Shown piece by piece: positions 12,543 through 26,178 of a stretch of DNA of 64,000 bases (within the stretch, counting starts at the first letter, position 1; each line of letters opens with the position of its first letter). Source of the stretch: Fistulifera solaris. Lineage: Eukaryota. The notes beneath the pieces are model-generated. The model ran no database searches, had not been told where the DNA came from, and was given only the letters and a program-made list of their open reading frames with translations. The position numbers were made by a program, and so were the translations under genes. Where the stretch lies: positions 1 through 64,000 of the forward strand of contig AP026152.1 in NCBI GenBank assembly GCA_030295235.1, written 5' to 3'.

Positions 12543-14416
12543 CTAGATGCATACTGTGTTGTGCTTATCACCGCTAGTATCACTCGCATAGCCGGTTGGA
12601 TCAACTACCAAAGTGGAAGCGACAATTTGATTTTCCGACATGGTAGCATCAACTACGGCGGCTGCCGTTGCTAAGGCTTCACTGTGTGCATCTTTGGTAG
12701 TGTGGTCACCGTTCGCGAAAGAAATTTCTCTATTGGTGTCCGAAATCAAAACTGTTGTACTTGCATCCGGTGGTGGCAAAGGCATTTTGGCCTTTTGCTC
12801 TGCCTGCGTTGGTTCCAAGAAAATTTCCGGGTGATCTTTGATCTTCCAATCGCCATATTTTACCCAATCAAAGCCACGCTGCTCGGCACGAAAATGCATT
12901 CTCGCATATTTCTCTCTCACTTTTACGTGAATTCCAAGCTCCTTGGCCACAGTCGTCCAGTTGACCTTTTGATTGTGCTCCTTGGCAATGGCATTGTATT
13001 TAGCCCACAGGTTTTTAGAGTGCGTAACGATCTGATCGAGATCGGCTGCTGTAGACACAACTATTGCGGAACGGTTCTTCTTTGCGACTTCTTCGTCGGT
13101 TGCTACTTTCGCAGGTGCAGGAGGTGGTGGTAAGGGCATGACTGCTTTCGCTCCGCGCGTAATTTCTATAGGTACACGATTGGAGCAAACGAGCTCAGCG
13201 GCGCGGCGTAGCGCAGCTTCTTTCTGTTCCGCAGCAAATTTTTCGCGTTGCTGTCGTATTTCAATCTTCTTTCTCCGACGCTCTTCACGGGACGCCTCTC
13301 TCATTGCACGCTCATTCGCCTTTCGCAATGCCATGGCTTCGCGATCTCGTGCTTTCTGCTCCTTCTTTCAATCGACAAACGCTTTTGCTCTTTTAACTTT
13401 GTATCTTGTCGTAAAACTTTCGAATCAGAAGGGAGTGCAGCCACCACAGCCGTCGTATTCGAATCCAAATAAGAAAGACCAGCATTTCCCTCAGCGATGT
13501 TGGCGGCAGCTGCGGCCAAGGCGTGCGGATCAGCCCCTGACAGATCTCCTGAGAATAATGGTAAACTGTCGTCATCAATCGATAAAGCCCGAATGCTGTA
13601 AATCGCACAGAATCGTTCTACTTGTGAAACAATGTAGGCCCGGTCAAACGAATCTTCGATACCAAGAATCTCCCAAAAGTCAAATGGCTGTACAGATCCT
13701 CCGTCCAAGGGATCTTTGATCGTCGGAATTGAGAGCCGACACAAAAGTTGCGATGTTAACATGCCCTTGAGATATGGCTTGAAATCGATGAATTTTGCGT
13801 CCGTCGTCTCTACCAAGATCTCGTTTTCCTCCGCCCATTGTCTACAAAGTAGTCGAAGCCATTCAGATGGTGGTTTGCTGGCTTTGCGCATCTATTGGTC
13901 GTCGAATGGACGAAATGAAAAGCAAAAGGAAAGAAGAACAAAATTGTGAGTAAAGTTACCGTGTCGCATCCGTTTTCAAACATTAACTACACGGTGCATC
14001 TGAGACACACGAATCGGTGGTCCGTTGGCGAGGTGGAGTTTCCGTTGCAAAATCGACTATGCACTTTTAAAGTACGAAGGAGTCAAAAATGAAGGGATTT
14101 CTACGTTGAGAAGCACACAAAAAGCGACGTCAACTTTCGTCTGGGGAATTTTCATCCGAGCCTTCTCCAGCAAATTTTACTACTGCGTTCTACGTGAAAA
14201 ACACAACGAAAATCGACATGGAATCAAGCAGCGCTCGAATGAAACGATGCTCATGATGGAACTCGGTGGCAAGAGTTCCATCTCCATCGTTGCTGCAATT
14301 TTTTCATTTTCTCGTCGTACCTCAATCTTTTCCTGTTTCGTCGGTTCTACATCCAACAGATCATCGTGTGAGGGTTCCATTTCCTCCATCTCTCTATCAT
14401 CATCCTCCACCGACAT
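12543..14416 (-). CDS. Hypothetical protein with a coiled coil and a possible Myb/SANT-like helix (multi-exon)
   Basis: Consecutive minus-strand ORFs 14180-14542, 13301-13891 and 12543-13334; KVNWTTVAKELG motif; exon structure unresolved. Confidence 0.6.
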
Positions 14417-15082
14417 GATTGCTGCGTTTTTGTGACAGTGTGAGAAGCGGTCGTTTGCATGTACGCCGTGAATTTCCAGACACGGATCAGCCGGCGACCG
14501 TGACTGAAAATACAGCCCAAATATTTTTCTCACTTGACGCACATTTTTTTATTCTTTCGCTGCAACCTGTTTCTTTGTTTCTTAACTTGTTCATATTTTT
14601 TTACCTATTGCTTTGTTGTGGATGTATGCTAAGTCGCACGTGTACAGCGAAATCACAAATGCTGCACAAAGAGAAAAGAGGAACAAGGCTTCATTTCGTT
14701 GAAGAAATTCACCATCAAGAAAGCTATCTAACTGCTCTTTGATTATTTATTTGGTGGTTGGGTCTGAAGTCTGAAGAGATTAATAATACTTCCAATTTCC
14801 AATTGCTAGCTCTCTAGAGCGAGGAGTCTATCCTATTTTTTCACCGCTAGCTCACCGTTACTACAGTAGTAGTAGCACCAAACCAAGATATTGTCGCACC
14901 AACTTTGAGACTTATTATGTCGTCTACACTTGTTTGTCATAGTGAAAGGTACGCTGGCATTTTCGGTCATCCGCTTCCGATATGAAGAAATGCTCACAAA
15001 AAGAAGCAAGACATTCGATCAAACGAGAGGCAAACCTATTCATTCACCTCATTCGTTTCCATCAGCCTTTATTGAATCCATC

Positions 15083-16148
15083 ATGCGTCTGTTACTCGTG
15101 CTTTCGTGTCTTACCTTCCCAAGGAAAGTCAACACGGAGTTTGTCCCTGACACCGATCCAGTCGAAACGCGCGAGATTTTCGATTTGATTTCCTCCAATA
15201 TTTCGACTGTGAAGGAAACCGACACGGATGCAACCTACTACTATTGCATTTTTCGCTCTCTCTGGACGGCAACGGATCATCCCAATCAACATCCCGACGA
15301 CCAAGATTCACGCCGCCTATGTTGTTCTCGCACACGAAGCAATACGCTCCCTTTGTGCAGAACCGACAAGCGAGCTATGCGGTAGAAAGCTACGCAGAAG
15401 ATGGTATCACCACACTTTATCAGAAAGAAATCAACGAAACAAACGGAATGGTTCGAGATTATGTCGAAGGCGTCGGATTTTACCTCAATCAAAGGCATCT
15501 GGATGCGAATTATATATTCCTGGATCCTATTCGCGTCGATTCAAAGCATACTTACGTCAGTGGGATATCTAGCTTTGATCCAAGTCCCAATTGGTTTACT
15601 GGATTTTACATGATGAATACGTTGGATGTAATAACCGGTAGATATTGGGAGCGATTCATGTTGAAGAGCTATCCATGGGATGCTGGGACCGATGATGGAA
15701 TGACTTACAAGGAGAACCTGCCACGTGATCGTCCGGAAGCAGTTCATCGTATGCACGCTGGAACTGCTCCCAATGGTGTTTTTACGAAACACCACTCGGA
15801 ACACCAAAATGGCACGATTGCGCCCACTGCGGAGTGGGAATGCATTTTACATTCATGTCCTATCGAAGAGTCAAATTGCACGAAGGAAGATTGGCCACCC
15901 AAATACAACTGCGATATTCTAAAGTATCCGAACTGTGATCAGCAATGCGATCCGCGTGTGGAACAACCGTGTGAGCAGTGTATTCCCGAAAGTTTGATGG
16001 ATCCGAAAGATCTCCACTATCCGGATTGCTGTGCCATGGGACGAGAACCCAAAAAGGAAGGTGTACAGAGAGTGCGGCACCTGCATTCGGAAGAGTGTCA
16101 GTTTTGTTCGCTATAACCCTTGTTTCCTGGATAATAATATCTCAGTAA
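15083..16148 (+). CDS. Spondin_N domain cell-surface protein, probably GPI-anchored
   Basis: Signal peptide MRLLLVLSCL; CIFRSLWT..HP, FDPSPNWFTG and YPWDAGTDDG; Cys-rich tail. Frameshift-corrected hydrophobic C-terminus SAAPAFGRVSVLFAITLVSWIIISQ*. Confidence 0.85.
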
Positions 16149-16370
16149 TCGAAGGATGTCAAGTCGCTTGCTACAATTTTGAAAGTTCTGTGGAATCGAC
16201 TACAAAACGATTTTGCTTGTCGAAGAACAAGCTTTGCTATTTCTCGTATACTTTAGAGCCTTAATTAAATGTTATCAAAAGCAACTTGTTCCTACGAAAA
16301 AGGTCTGAATTACTAAGTAATGTATAAAAATGGCTACTTATTCACTGTCGCTAGTCTTCCTTTCCTGCTC

Positions 16371-17597
16371 TTACAACATCCAGAACGCTATCCACGAAGA
16401 CAGGAACACCCACAATGCAGCATTACCAACTCGTAAAGAAGTCGCATCACTGCGTCTTCCAGCGCAGTCTTTGCCCGTCTTGGGTTCTCGACCGGCGGCA
16501 CAGCAATCGGGATAATACAATATTTCCGGATCCAAAATACTTTCGCGTACACATCGCTCGCACACCTCATCCACTTCGGGATCGCAATAGTTGTCGCATT
16601 CGGGATACAACAAGACATCACAGCCATTCTTTGGAGGCCAGTCTGGTTTGCGGCATCCTGGTTCTTCGGCTGGGCACACGTGCAGGATGCATTCAAACTC
16701 GGCCACCGGAAGCACTTCATCACCCATGGGACTCACGAAAATTTTGTTTTGTGCATTCTCGGGTGTAATGCGGTGCACGGGTTCTGGGAATTCGAGTTCA
16801 TGATCAACATCTTCGTAAATCGTTCCTCCATCGGTACCGGCATCCCAAGGATAGGTTTGCACTTTGAAGTGCGACCAGAATTTTCCCGAATATTCATCTC
16901 GTGTATCCATCATGTAAAATCCCGTAAACCAATCTGGACTGGGATCAAATCCGGCAATGCCCGAGAGATACGGATGATCATCCGTGACAATTATCGGAGG
17001 AAAGTACGCAATATTCAAATCGTAATGCTTTCTATTGAGGTAAAACCCCGTGCTTCTCCGTAATCATGCACCATATCGCCGGCCTGATCTAGTTGTTCTT
17101 GCATCTTCGATGTAAATCCTTCCTGTGAGAGTCAAAGTAGTGACAGAGACGAAAGTTAGGTTAGATTAAGTTAGGGAACAAGGATGAAGCCACCCTTCAA
17201 ACACGCCAAAAGACACTCCCAAACGTCCTTCTCTGCATATCAACTCATTTCAAACAAGACAAACTTACCTCCGCAATGATTTCAATTCCATAATTTGCTT
17301 CCCGATTCTTCAAAAGGGAGTATATTGTTTCGTGTGCGAAAAGAGCACGGGCGTCGAAAAGCGCGCCAATTTGGGAAAATGTTCGGGATGATCTTCGACC
17401 GTCCATTTCGAACGAAAGATACAGTAAAATTGTGTTTCATTACGTTGTCGAACCGCCTCAACCTCACTGTCCATCGCATAATTCAAATCAAAGACTTCAT
17501 TCGAAATAATGAGTTCGTTTTCCATGACAATATCCGCTTGAATAACTGTCGTCGCGAGCAATAATGCGCCGGCTGCTGTGCTGGTCGTCAATCTCAT
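16371..17597 (-). CDS. Spondin_N domain cell-surface protein, paralog, probably GPI-anchored
   Basis: Signal peptide; CIFRSKWT..HP, FDPSPDWFTG and YPWDAGTDGG; same Cys-rich tail; hydrophobic C-terminus. Intron 17123-17268. Confidence 0.87.
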
Positions 17598-18257
17598 GGC
17601 TCAAGTTGAAGAAGAGATAGAGTTATCAATAGTTATGAATGGAAATGAACAAGAAGGGAAACGCCTCGGCAAGGTTGATGAAACGTTCATGAGCAAGAAG
17701 AAAAGTGCAGTTTGTATTTACAACGGGAAGCATGCGGTCTTTGGGCCTGTTCCGCTTACATTTTGGATTATAGTTCGTTCAAGGGTCATGGTCATTACCA
17801 GGTATCATCCTGCATGCTTCAAGGTTGATAAGCCAAAAAAAGAACTTCCAGCATTTCCGTTCGATCAAAATGAAAAAATGTTGATCTTTATAGTTTAAAG
17901 TGTAGTCAGAGTTTTCCACGACTGCAATTCAGTCATGAATCAATATTCTTTCGAGCGACAAGGCTGCCTACAGGCCATCTTTCGCCGTATTCTTGAATTC
18001 CACTTGTCATTCTTGCAATGAAACAGTTTATAGCAGCATATACATTACACGGCTTGTTGTTTTTTCAGGTCGAAACGCCGGTGAAACGTTATTCGTTGAG
18101 CGACAATGCTGTATTTTCTTGAGATCTTGTTGTTGATGTTGCGATGAAATAGTCGTTAGTATCAATTACATCACGGGTAATCATGTTTTAAGTGAAACAG
18201 TAGACGCCGAAGGCGGCTAGCAAAGGTTTTGTAAACTGGGCGGAGTTGTTGATTTAT

Positions 18258-19141
18258 AAACAAATACATTGGGCCATAGTAGAAATACAGAAAGATAAAA
18301 CACTCTTAGACATGAATGCTGTTCATCCTGAATAGCATTCTGCTAGCAAGAACATCATAAGCTTATCATTTCACGTCATCTTCTTGTTAGTTTTAGCCCG
18401 GAAAGCACCATCGACTCTCATGGGCTTCGTCCGAAAAATCATTGAGCGTGACTGCATTCCAGTCACGGTGTCTGTAAACCAACACATTGGGCCATAGTAG
18501 AAACACAGAAAGATAAAACACTCTTAGACATGAATGCTGTTCATCCTGAATAGCATTCTGCTAGCAAGAACCTCATAAGCTTGTCCTTTCGCGTCACTTT
18601 CTTGTTAGTTTTAGCCCGGAAAGCACCATCGACTCTCAAGGGCTTCGTCCGATATATCATTGAGCGTGACTGCATTCCAGTCACGGTGTCCGTAAACCAA
18701 CACATTGGGCCATAGTAGAAACACAGATAGATAAAACACTCTTAGACATGAATGCTGTTCATCCTGAATAGCATTCTGCTAGCAAGAACGTCATAAGCTT
18801 ATCCTTTCGCGTCATCTTCTTATTAGTTTTAGCGCAGAAAGCACCATCAACTCTCATAATTTACGTCCGAAAAATCATCAAACGTGACTGCAATCCAGTC
18901 ATGGTTTCTGTAACCCAACACACTGGGTCATAGTAAAAATGCGAAAAGAAGAACACGCACAGACAAGAATGCTGTTCGTCCCGAATAGCATTCTGCTAGC
19001 AAGAACATCATACCAGTAAGCTTATCATTATTTCGCGTCGATTTTTTATTAGTTTTAGCTTTGAAAGCACCATCAACTCTCAAGGGCTTCGTCCGAAAAA
19101 TCATTGAGCGTGAATGCATTCCAGTCATGGTTTCTGCAACC
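18258..19141. repeat. Satellite family B: four tandem 218-bp units
   Basis: ACATTGGGCCATAGTAG at 18266, 18484 and 18702, with a variant at 18920. Confidence 0.95.
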
Positions 19142-19436
19142 TCCACTCGAGAACAAGCTTGATCCGACCGGTACGGCGAATCAGCGTAGGGCAAAGGACC
19201 CGGATAAGTGAGACTCCCAGTCGTACTCGTACAGTCAAGATGATACTGTTCCTCGTCGCAAAAAACGATTGGACTTGAAGCTTGAAGCGAAAGAAAAGCG
19301 CAAACGCCGACGATCGCGTTGATCCGCTCTTGTTGCAAAGCTTCTTTGAGATTCGTTTATCATTGTTTACGCTCATTTCACCATTTTTTGTCTCCAAGTT
19401 ACATTATTACACAGTCTACATAGGTCAAAGAAGAGA

Positions 19437-21436
19437 ATGAAAGGCTTACAAATCACAAAACGATTGTCGTATGAGCCCATTTTGGACGAAAATGATCAAA
19501 GGCGACATTTCTTTCAGCAATGCTTCGCTTTCGTCACAATTGTTCTTCTGGTGATGATTGGTTTCTTCGTATCGCATCCTTCATTACTGAATGTACGAAA
19601 TACAACTCATGCTGCTTCTACGAATGATACATCCAGTCATCATGAAGTTATGCCGACGTTACTGCGATTGATGGATCCGGAAACAAAGACACCGCTTTAT
19701 GCTCTCGACAATCCAACGTATGAACAATTCAAATCCTTTCAATTGCTTTCTGTCGCGTACAACGACTTTGATGAACGAAATGAAAACGATCGGACGATTT
19801 TGCAAGTCACACCTGCTCGGATTGCGCCTGGCGAATCGATCACTTTAACTTGGGATTCTTCGAAAGTGCTTGCCGATGATTGGCTCGTGTTGCAATGCAC
19901 TTCACATCAACAGCAAGAAATACATGAGCATCACCATTCCTTCTCGAAAGACGACAATTATGTGCAAATTCTCGAAGTGGCGACCATGGATCAAGTTTTA
20001 GCAACGGCGCAAAGTCCTTCGTCTTGGACGATACCCTCATTTCCAGTTTCACGCTTTGACTCGTGTCAGTTCATACTTTACCGCCTAGTTCATGAGCATC
20101 ATTCTACATCCTCAACGACTTTACAGCCTCATGGTATGGCTACATTCTTTTACACGCTTCGCAACGACCCACCGCTATACATTGGGCCATGACGAATCGC
20201 ACGGATGCGTGGATCGTTCATTTTGTCACCGGTGTCAGCGGAACACCCGTATTGCAATACAATGGCAATCAAAAAGTCACCGGTACAAGTACAACGTATA
20301 CGGCAGCCGATTTGTGTTCCGAACCGGCGAATCAAACGGAACCAGGGAAATTTCAGTCACCGGGTATATTGCATCAAATCTATGTCGAGCATTTGATTCC
20401 GGGCACGACCATGCAGTATCAAGTCGGTGTCACCACGGGGCAAGGCATCGAGTGGAGCTCGACTTTTACGTGGACCGTTCCGGACTTTGCGCAGTCCAAC
20501 TATACATATTTGGTATTTGGAGACCAAGGAGCGGCGACCCCGGGAAGTGAGTGGACTGCCGCGGCCATTACGCGAGAAGTGACGCAACCGCACGTCATGG
20601 CGGTGCATCACGTCGGAGATTTATCGTACGCCAATGGTGCAGCGCATTTGTGGGATGCCTGGTTTGACATGATTCAACCCTATACGACTCAAGTCCCTTT
20701 GATGATTGCCGTGGGCAACCATGAATACGATTACTGGACTTCTCGTGTACCTGGCTTGGATCCCAGCGGCGCCGTGTCGGGATACCATCCGACGTGGGGA
20801 ACGATGGAGAATGACAGTGGTGGTGAATGCGGGGTTCCTACCGCGAAACACTTTACCATGCCTGTTATGCACAATCACTCGAATGGTGTATTTTGGTACG
20901 CGTTTGATATGGGGATCGTTCATACAATCGTGCTATCGAGCGAACACGATTTGCGTCCAGGATCGCCTCAGTATGAGTTTTTGATGCACGCCTTGTCAAC
21001 CGTGGACCGAACGGAGCATCCATGGCTGATTATTGAGATACATAGACCCTTGTATCATGCGGAAGCGAAGTGGGACCAGAATGCCGTCGGAGTAGCCTTG
21101 CGATTTGAAGTCGAAGATTTGTTTTACGACTACCGTGTAGATGTGGTGTTGAGTGGACATTACCATTCCTATTTCCGCACTTGTGACGGATTGTATGCGA
21201 GTCGATGCGGGCACGACGGCGCGCCCATGCACATTACCATCGGCTCTAGTGGTGCCAAACTCGATACGGTCGACTTGTACGATGCACCTTGGACCGCAAC
21301 GTATTTGAAAAGCGTCTTTGGCTATGGGAGAATGACAGTAGCGAATGCAAGTGCTTTGTATTTTGAATATGTGCAAACGGTGAACGAAACGTATACGCAT
21401 GTTCTTGATGATGTCTGGATTGTTCGCGATCGGTAG
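19437..21436 (+). CDS. Purple acid phosphatase (metallophosphoesterase), type II membrane anchor
   Basis: Motifs FGDQG, VGDLSYANG, VGNHEYD, HRPLY and SGHYHSY; N-terminal TM helix; frameshift(s) at ~20150-20180. Confidence 0.92.
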
Positions 21437-21717
21437 CATTGCAGTGGACGAGCGCGCAGTTATACTAAAAGCAGTCTGTAATGTGCTTTTCGTTCATGCA
21501 GACTCGAAACACAATTACAGCAGAATGCTTTGCGATCGCGTTTCTCGAGTTCTTTTACTGAAACACTTCCTCGTGGTATTTTTAGTCAATATTGACCGCT
21601 CAGCGTCAAGATTAAAGTCTAAGAGCAAAGTGTAAATGATATAAGTTCAGGAGTTCACTTTCTTTGATATTGCGGCTACTTATTAATGCTTTATCTCTTT
21701 AAAAAGTTGTTATTTGC

Positions 21718-24700
21718 TTATCCGCTGTTGCGCATTCCCTGTGCGATGCCGTTAATACTTAGGATCAAGGCGTCTTTCAAGATTTCCTTCTCTTCCTCTT
21801 CTTCCGATGATAGAGTCTCTTTCTTTCCAGGCTTCGGAATCGTTTCAATAGCTCTGCTTGTAAAACGTTGATCGGATCCACGTAAGGGTGTCGAATGGTA
21901 CTACTCGCTCGCATGAGTTCCGAATGTGCACCGCCATAATCCTTCGATTCGGTGACGGCCAAAACCGCTTGACGTGTTTCTACCAGCTTGGCTTTGACTT
22001 CTTCTCCCAACTTGTCGAGACCATTCTTCTTCTCTACTAATTGTTCATCGTAGTTTCGACTGATACTGAAATCAGTCTTACTCAAAATCATGGCAATCAA
22101 ATCAATCGTTTCGCGGAACCACGGCCACTCCTTGTACATTTCTCGCATAGTTTCCAACTCTTCTTTGTTTTCGGCTTTTAGTCCGGCACCTACACCCAAC
22201 CACGCCGACAATAGCGTGCGTGTTTGCGTCCAAGCGAATGTCCAAGGGATTGCACGCAGACTTTCAATGCCTCCTTTGGGATTTCGCTTGGCAGGACGAC
22301 TTCCGATGTTCAAACTGCCCAACTCAAGCTCTGGCGTGGCTTGGCGAAAGTATGGTACAAAACGCGGTTCGTTTCGAACTAGGTGACGGTAATCCTCGCA
22401 GGACTTGTCACTAACCTTTTGCATCTGAGCAAGCCACTTGGCACTGGGAATAACGTGTTCCTCGAACGCTTCTCGGCAAACAGCTGCCGTGTAAATGTCC
22501 AACGTACGCTCGGCGATCCACACAGTTCCGAAGTTCTGCATGATCATTTCACCTTGTTCGGTAACTCGGAAGCGGCCTTTGATAGTATCGGGAGGATGGG
22601 ATAGAATGGCCCGGTAAACACTCGGATTGCCACCACGTCCAACCGTTCCACCTTTGCCGTGGAAGAAAGTCAAATCAATCTTGTGTTTTTCGGCAACTTT
22701 AGCCATGGCAACCTGTGAGTTATACAAAACAAGACTAGCCGCCAGACGCCCCGCGTCCTTCGCGCTGTCACTGTACCCCACCATGACTTCTTGTTGGTTT
22801 TGAATCTCACCGCGATAAATACCGATGCTGAAAAGAGTTTGGAGAACAGAAGGCGATCGAAGCAAATCATCCAAAGTCTCGAAGAGAGGTACAACTCGCA
22901 TGAAATTACCGTTGCGAGATGTCATGCCGTAGTTCTTCTGAAGCAACATGACAGCCAAAACATCGGAGGCTGTCTGTGCTTGACTAATGACATAAGCACC
23001 CATCGAAGACGGATGCAGCTTGCTGATAGTCTCGAACGTTCGGAGTGTCGTGACAGCTGAAGCATCAAATCCTAGTTTATTCAAGTCGCGAAGAGGATAC
23101 AGGGGTCGTTTGTTGGCCAGTTCGCTTTGCAACCAAGTTAAACGGGCCGACTCGTCCCATTCTTTGTAACTTCCAATTCCTAGCCATCGTGTAATTGCAT
23201 CCAAGGCTTCCGTGTGTTTTGTGGATTCCTCGCGAATATCCAGAGGCAAAAGACTGAGACCGAAAACACGTAAGCGGCGCATAACATCCAACAAATGGCC
23301 ATCAGCTACCAAGCCAAAACCCGTTTCTACCAAACTCTCATGCATGATTTTCAGTGGTTCCATAATATCGTCTAGGTCAACAATCGGTTCCACCTTTTCC
23401 CAACCAGGAACAAGTTGAATTTCAGCTAGCGGAATCTGATATCCCGTACTAAGCGCCGCCAGCTGCTGTTCATATTCACGAGCTGTTCGACTTAAACGCT
23501 GAATCAAATGTCCAATCACACGGCGGTATTTCTCCCGTTCGTGATGCGATTCCTTAATGGTAGCCGCGTACTCCAACAACCGATCGGAAAAGCGATAGCT
23601 GATGCCCAACTCCCCCAACAAAACATAGAAATCTTGCAACAACAAGCGGGCGGCACGAAGACGTTGTTGTAGAACAACTTCGAGGGTCACATCCGGAGTA
23701 ACATTCGGGTTGCCTGCATATTGAGTGTGGATGGGGTTAAGGATAAGTCACTCGAGCAGCTGTAGATGTTGTTTCTCCATGATATATCTTACGTACCATC
23801 GCGATCACCACCAATCCAAGACGAGAACTTAATAGGAACGGTATCCACAGGAAGACGAACACCGAGGGTAAGCTGACATTGCTGATCGAGTTTGCGTAAA
23901 TACGCCGGAACCGCTTCCCACAGTGTATTCTCCACAACAGCATTGCCACCCGCTGCCTCTTCCTGAGGCGTCGGCTTCAAACGACGGATTTCGTCGGCTC
24001 CCCAAATGCTACTAATGATGCGTTTGAGATCCGTTTGTGTCTGATACGCATCAAATTTGTTCTGTTCCATGACGGCCTTGTCGTATTGCATCAAGCAATC
24101 ACTGACTTTACGGTATTTGCGGAGCAAACTCTTTCTCTGGACTGCAAGGAGAAAAACTGTTAGAATATTTTTCACGCAACGAAGCGACAACTCGTCAATT
24201 GAGTCAATACATTCCTTGGGTCGGATGGGCCGTAATGACGATTTCTACCTTCTGTTTCGCGAGCTGTTGAATAATCTCCTTGGGCGAAATGCCTTTCTTC
24301 AAAAGGCGCTCCATCGTGAGTCGCATCGAGTCGTCACTGAGCGGCAAAGGACCCGCTGTCACGTTCCCTGCGGCCGAATCATGCTGCCGCGTCATGCGAT
24401 TGCGATGATGCACTTCGGCCGAATTGACCAGATTCAACATGATACTAAAGGTGCGCATGACTCCGAGAGCCTCACGTGCTGAGAGTTGTTGCGCCTTCTG
24501 GATCATTTTCGGGAGCGCTTCTGTGTCTCCACTCGCACGATCTAAACCAAGTTGACGGAAGGATTGATAAAGATCATGAATAGAGGCGTCTTCTTCTTGA
24601 ACAATTTCTCCCAGAATATTGGATAGCTTGTCAAGATCTTGCAGAAGGGGAGCATCACGGACTTTGTTCAAACTTCCTTGCATCGACAACGGTTCACCGA

Positions 24701-24821
24701 CGTGCGCAGTATCACCGATACTCTCTACCGGCTTGACGGGCATGGTTGCACCGCCGATAACCGACGAGAAAGCGGCAGCTTGTACAGGTGCCGATAGGCA
24801 GAATAGGCTGATAATTCTCAT
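21718..24821 (-). CDS. PEPC: Phosphoenolpyruvate carboxylase with a signal-peptide presequence
   Basis: VITAHPTQ, SWIGGDRDGNPNVT, VMVGYSDSAKDAG, FHGKGGTVGRGG, LRAIPW and C-terminal GIAQGMRNSG*. Introns ~24142-24214 and 23714-23796; frameshift at ~21830. Confidence 0.97.
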
Positions 24822-25439
24822 CGTTTTGTCTCTTTTCCTTTGCGACTAAAGTGCGACGCGCTCCTTCTTTAAAACTTGCACCTCCTTGTTAATTTGAGAC
24901 GAGTGAGAATGGATTTGATTTGAGATATGCAAGTGAGAAAGAGAAGAATGTGTTGCGATCTTCTCGACTTCTTTTTCTGCACCGGCAAAAATGAGCGGTG
25001 GAGAAAAGGTTGTTTTTGAAAAAGCGAAGCCAGTCAAGGTAGACTTTGAAAACGTCCGAGAGGGACACAAGTTCTCTCTATCATCAACCTGTACGCAGTC
25101 CTGAACTTTCATTGGAACCTGCAACGTGCGTCACATCTCAGTCCACGTCACGTGCGTCAGACCCGCAAAGGTTCGCGCGATGCGCCTCCGCGACGCGGGC
25201 GTTTCTTTCATGTTTCTTTCGACTTCAACATTATCGCAAAACCATACGCACCGGTACCAGCTTCCGATAAAAAGAAAACACAACGATTACTCTATAAGTC
25301 ATAGTCATAGACGTCGTCGTCACACGCACCCGCATTTTTATTGCACGCAAATCAAAACGGCGAAACGGACGCGAGAAAGCAAACAAAAAGAAATAGTTCG
25401 AAACCTTGCATCTTTTCTTACAATTAAAATCAACGTAAC

Positions 25440-26150
25440 ATGATCCGTGCACATTCATGCTTCTGGATTTTCGTGCTTTTCGGCGCGCAATTTGCAAAAG
25501 CAAAGCCATTCGGCTCCTTTTCGACGAACCGTCGTCATTTTCCCAACAATCTGCTAGCTTCAGTTTCGTTTGAAATGGATGACATTGATGAGCTTCTCGT
25601 TGCACCCGTATCATCGTCGTCTAAAAGTAAATCCCTCCGCTTTGACTTGTCAGAATTTGCGGAATCAATCGTCAAATCAGTGGCGGCTGTCTTGTTTGCC
25701 AAGTGTATTTTTGCTGTGACGGCTAAACGAAAACAAACGGAGGATTCAACAGCAACCGACAACGAGGAAAAATCAAATACACTTTCTTCCTCCTCTGCAT
25801 CATCGGTACCGCCACTTCCGGCCACGGCGGACTGGAAGGAGATTATTGAGCGTGTCAATTATTTGCAAGCAACTCTGCACGATTATTTCGACCTTTGGAG
25901 CCGTCAAATGAACGAACACGACAGTGGTATGAATACAGGATGGGTTGCTTGTATGGAGGTATCGGAACAAAATGCTCATGTGATCCACGAGTTGAATGAG
26001 AAACTGGAAGATTTACGAAATCAAGTACAAGAAATGGGAGTAGCACAAGTCGCGGAAGAAGAAACTATTATCGAAACCGTTACAACCGTCGAGTCCGAGA
26101 CGCCCGTATCGGAGGAATTAGACAAACAAGAAAAGGAGCCGTCGATGTAG
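25440..26150 (+). CDS. Hypothetical protein with signal peptide, TM helix and coiled coil
   Basis: 236-aa ORF with a hydrophobic N-terminus and a second hydrophobic segment. Confidence 0.6.
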   Translation: MIRAHSCFWIFVLFGAQFAKAKPFGSFSTNRRHFPNNLLASVSFEMDDIDELLVAPVSSSSKSKSLRFDLSEFAESIVKSVAAVLFAKCIFAVTAKRKQTEDSTATDNEEKSNTLSSSSASSVPPLPATADWKEIIERVNYLQATLHDYFDLWSRQMNEHDSGMNTGWVACMEVSEQNAHVIHELNEKLEDLRNQVQEMGVAQVAEEETIIETVTTVESETPVSEELDKQEKEPSM

Positions 26151-26178
26151 CTACTGAAACAATAGAGTATTGTTTTAT

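Noticed and set aside
2405..24821. PK and PEPC as a PEP-metabolism gene cluster
   Set aside because: They are 17 kb apart with unrelated genes between and probably act in different compartments; no evidence of co-regulation.
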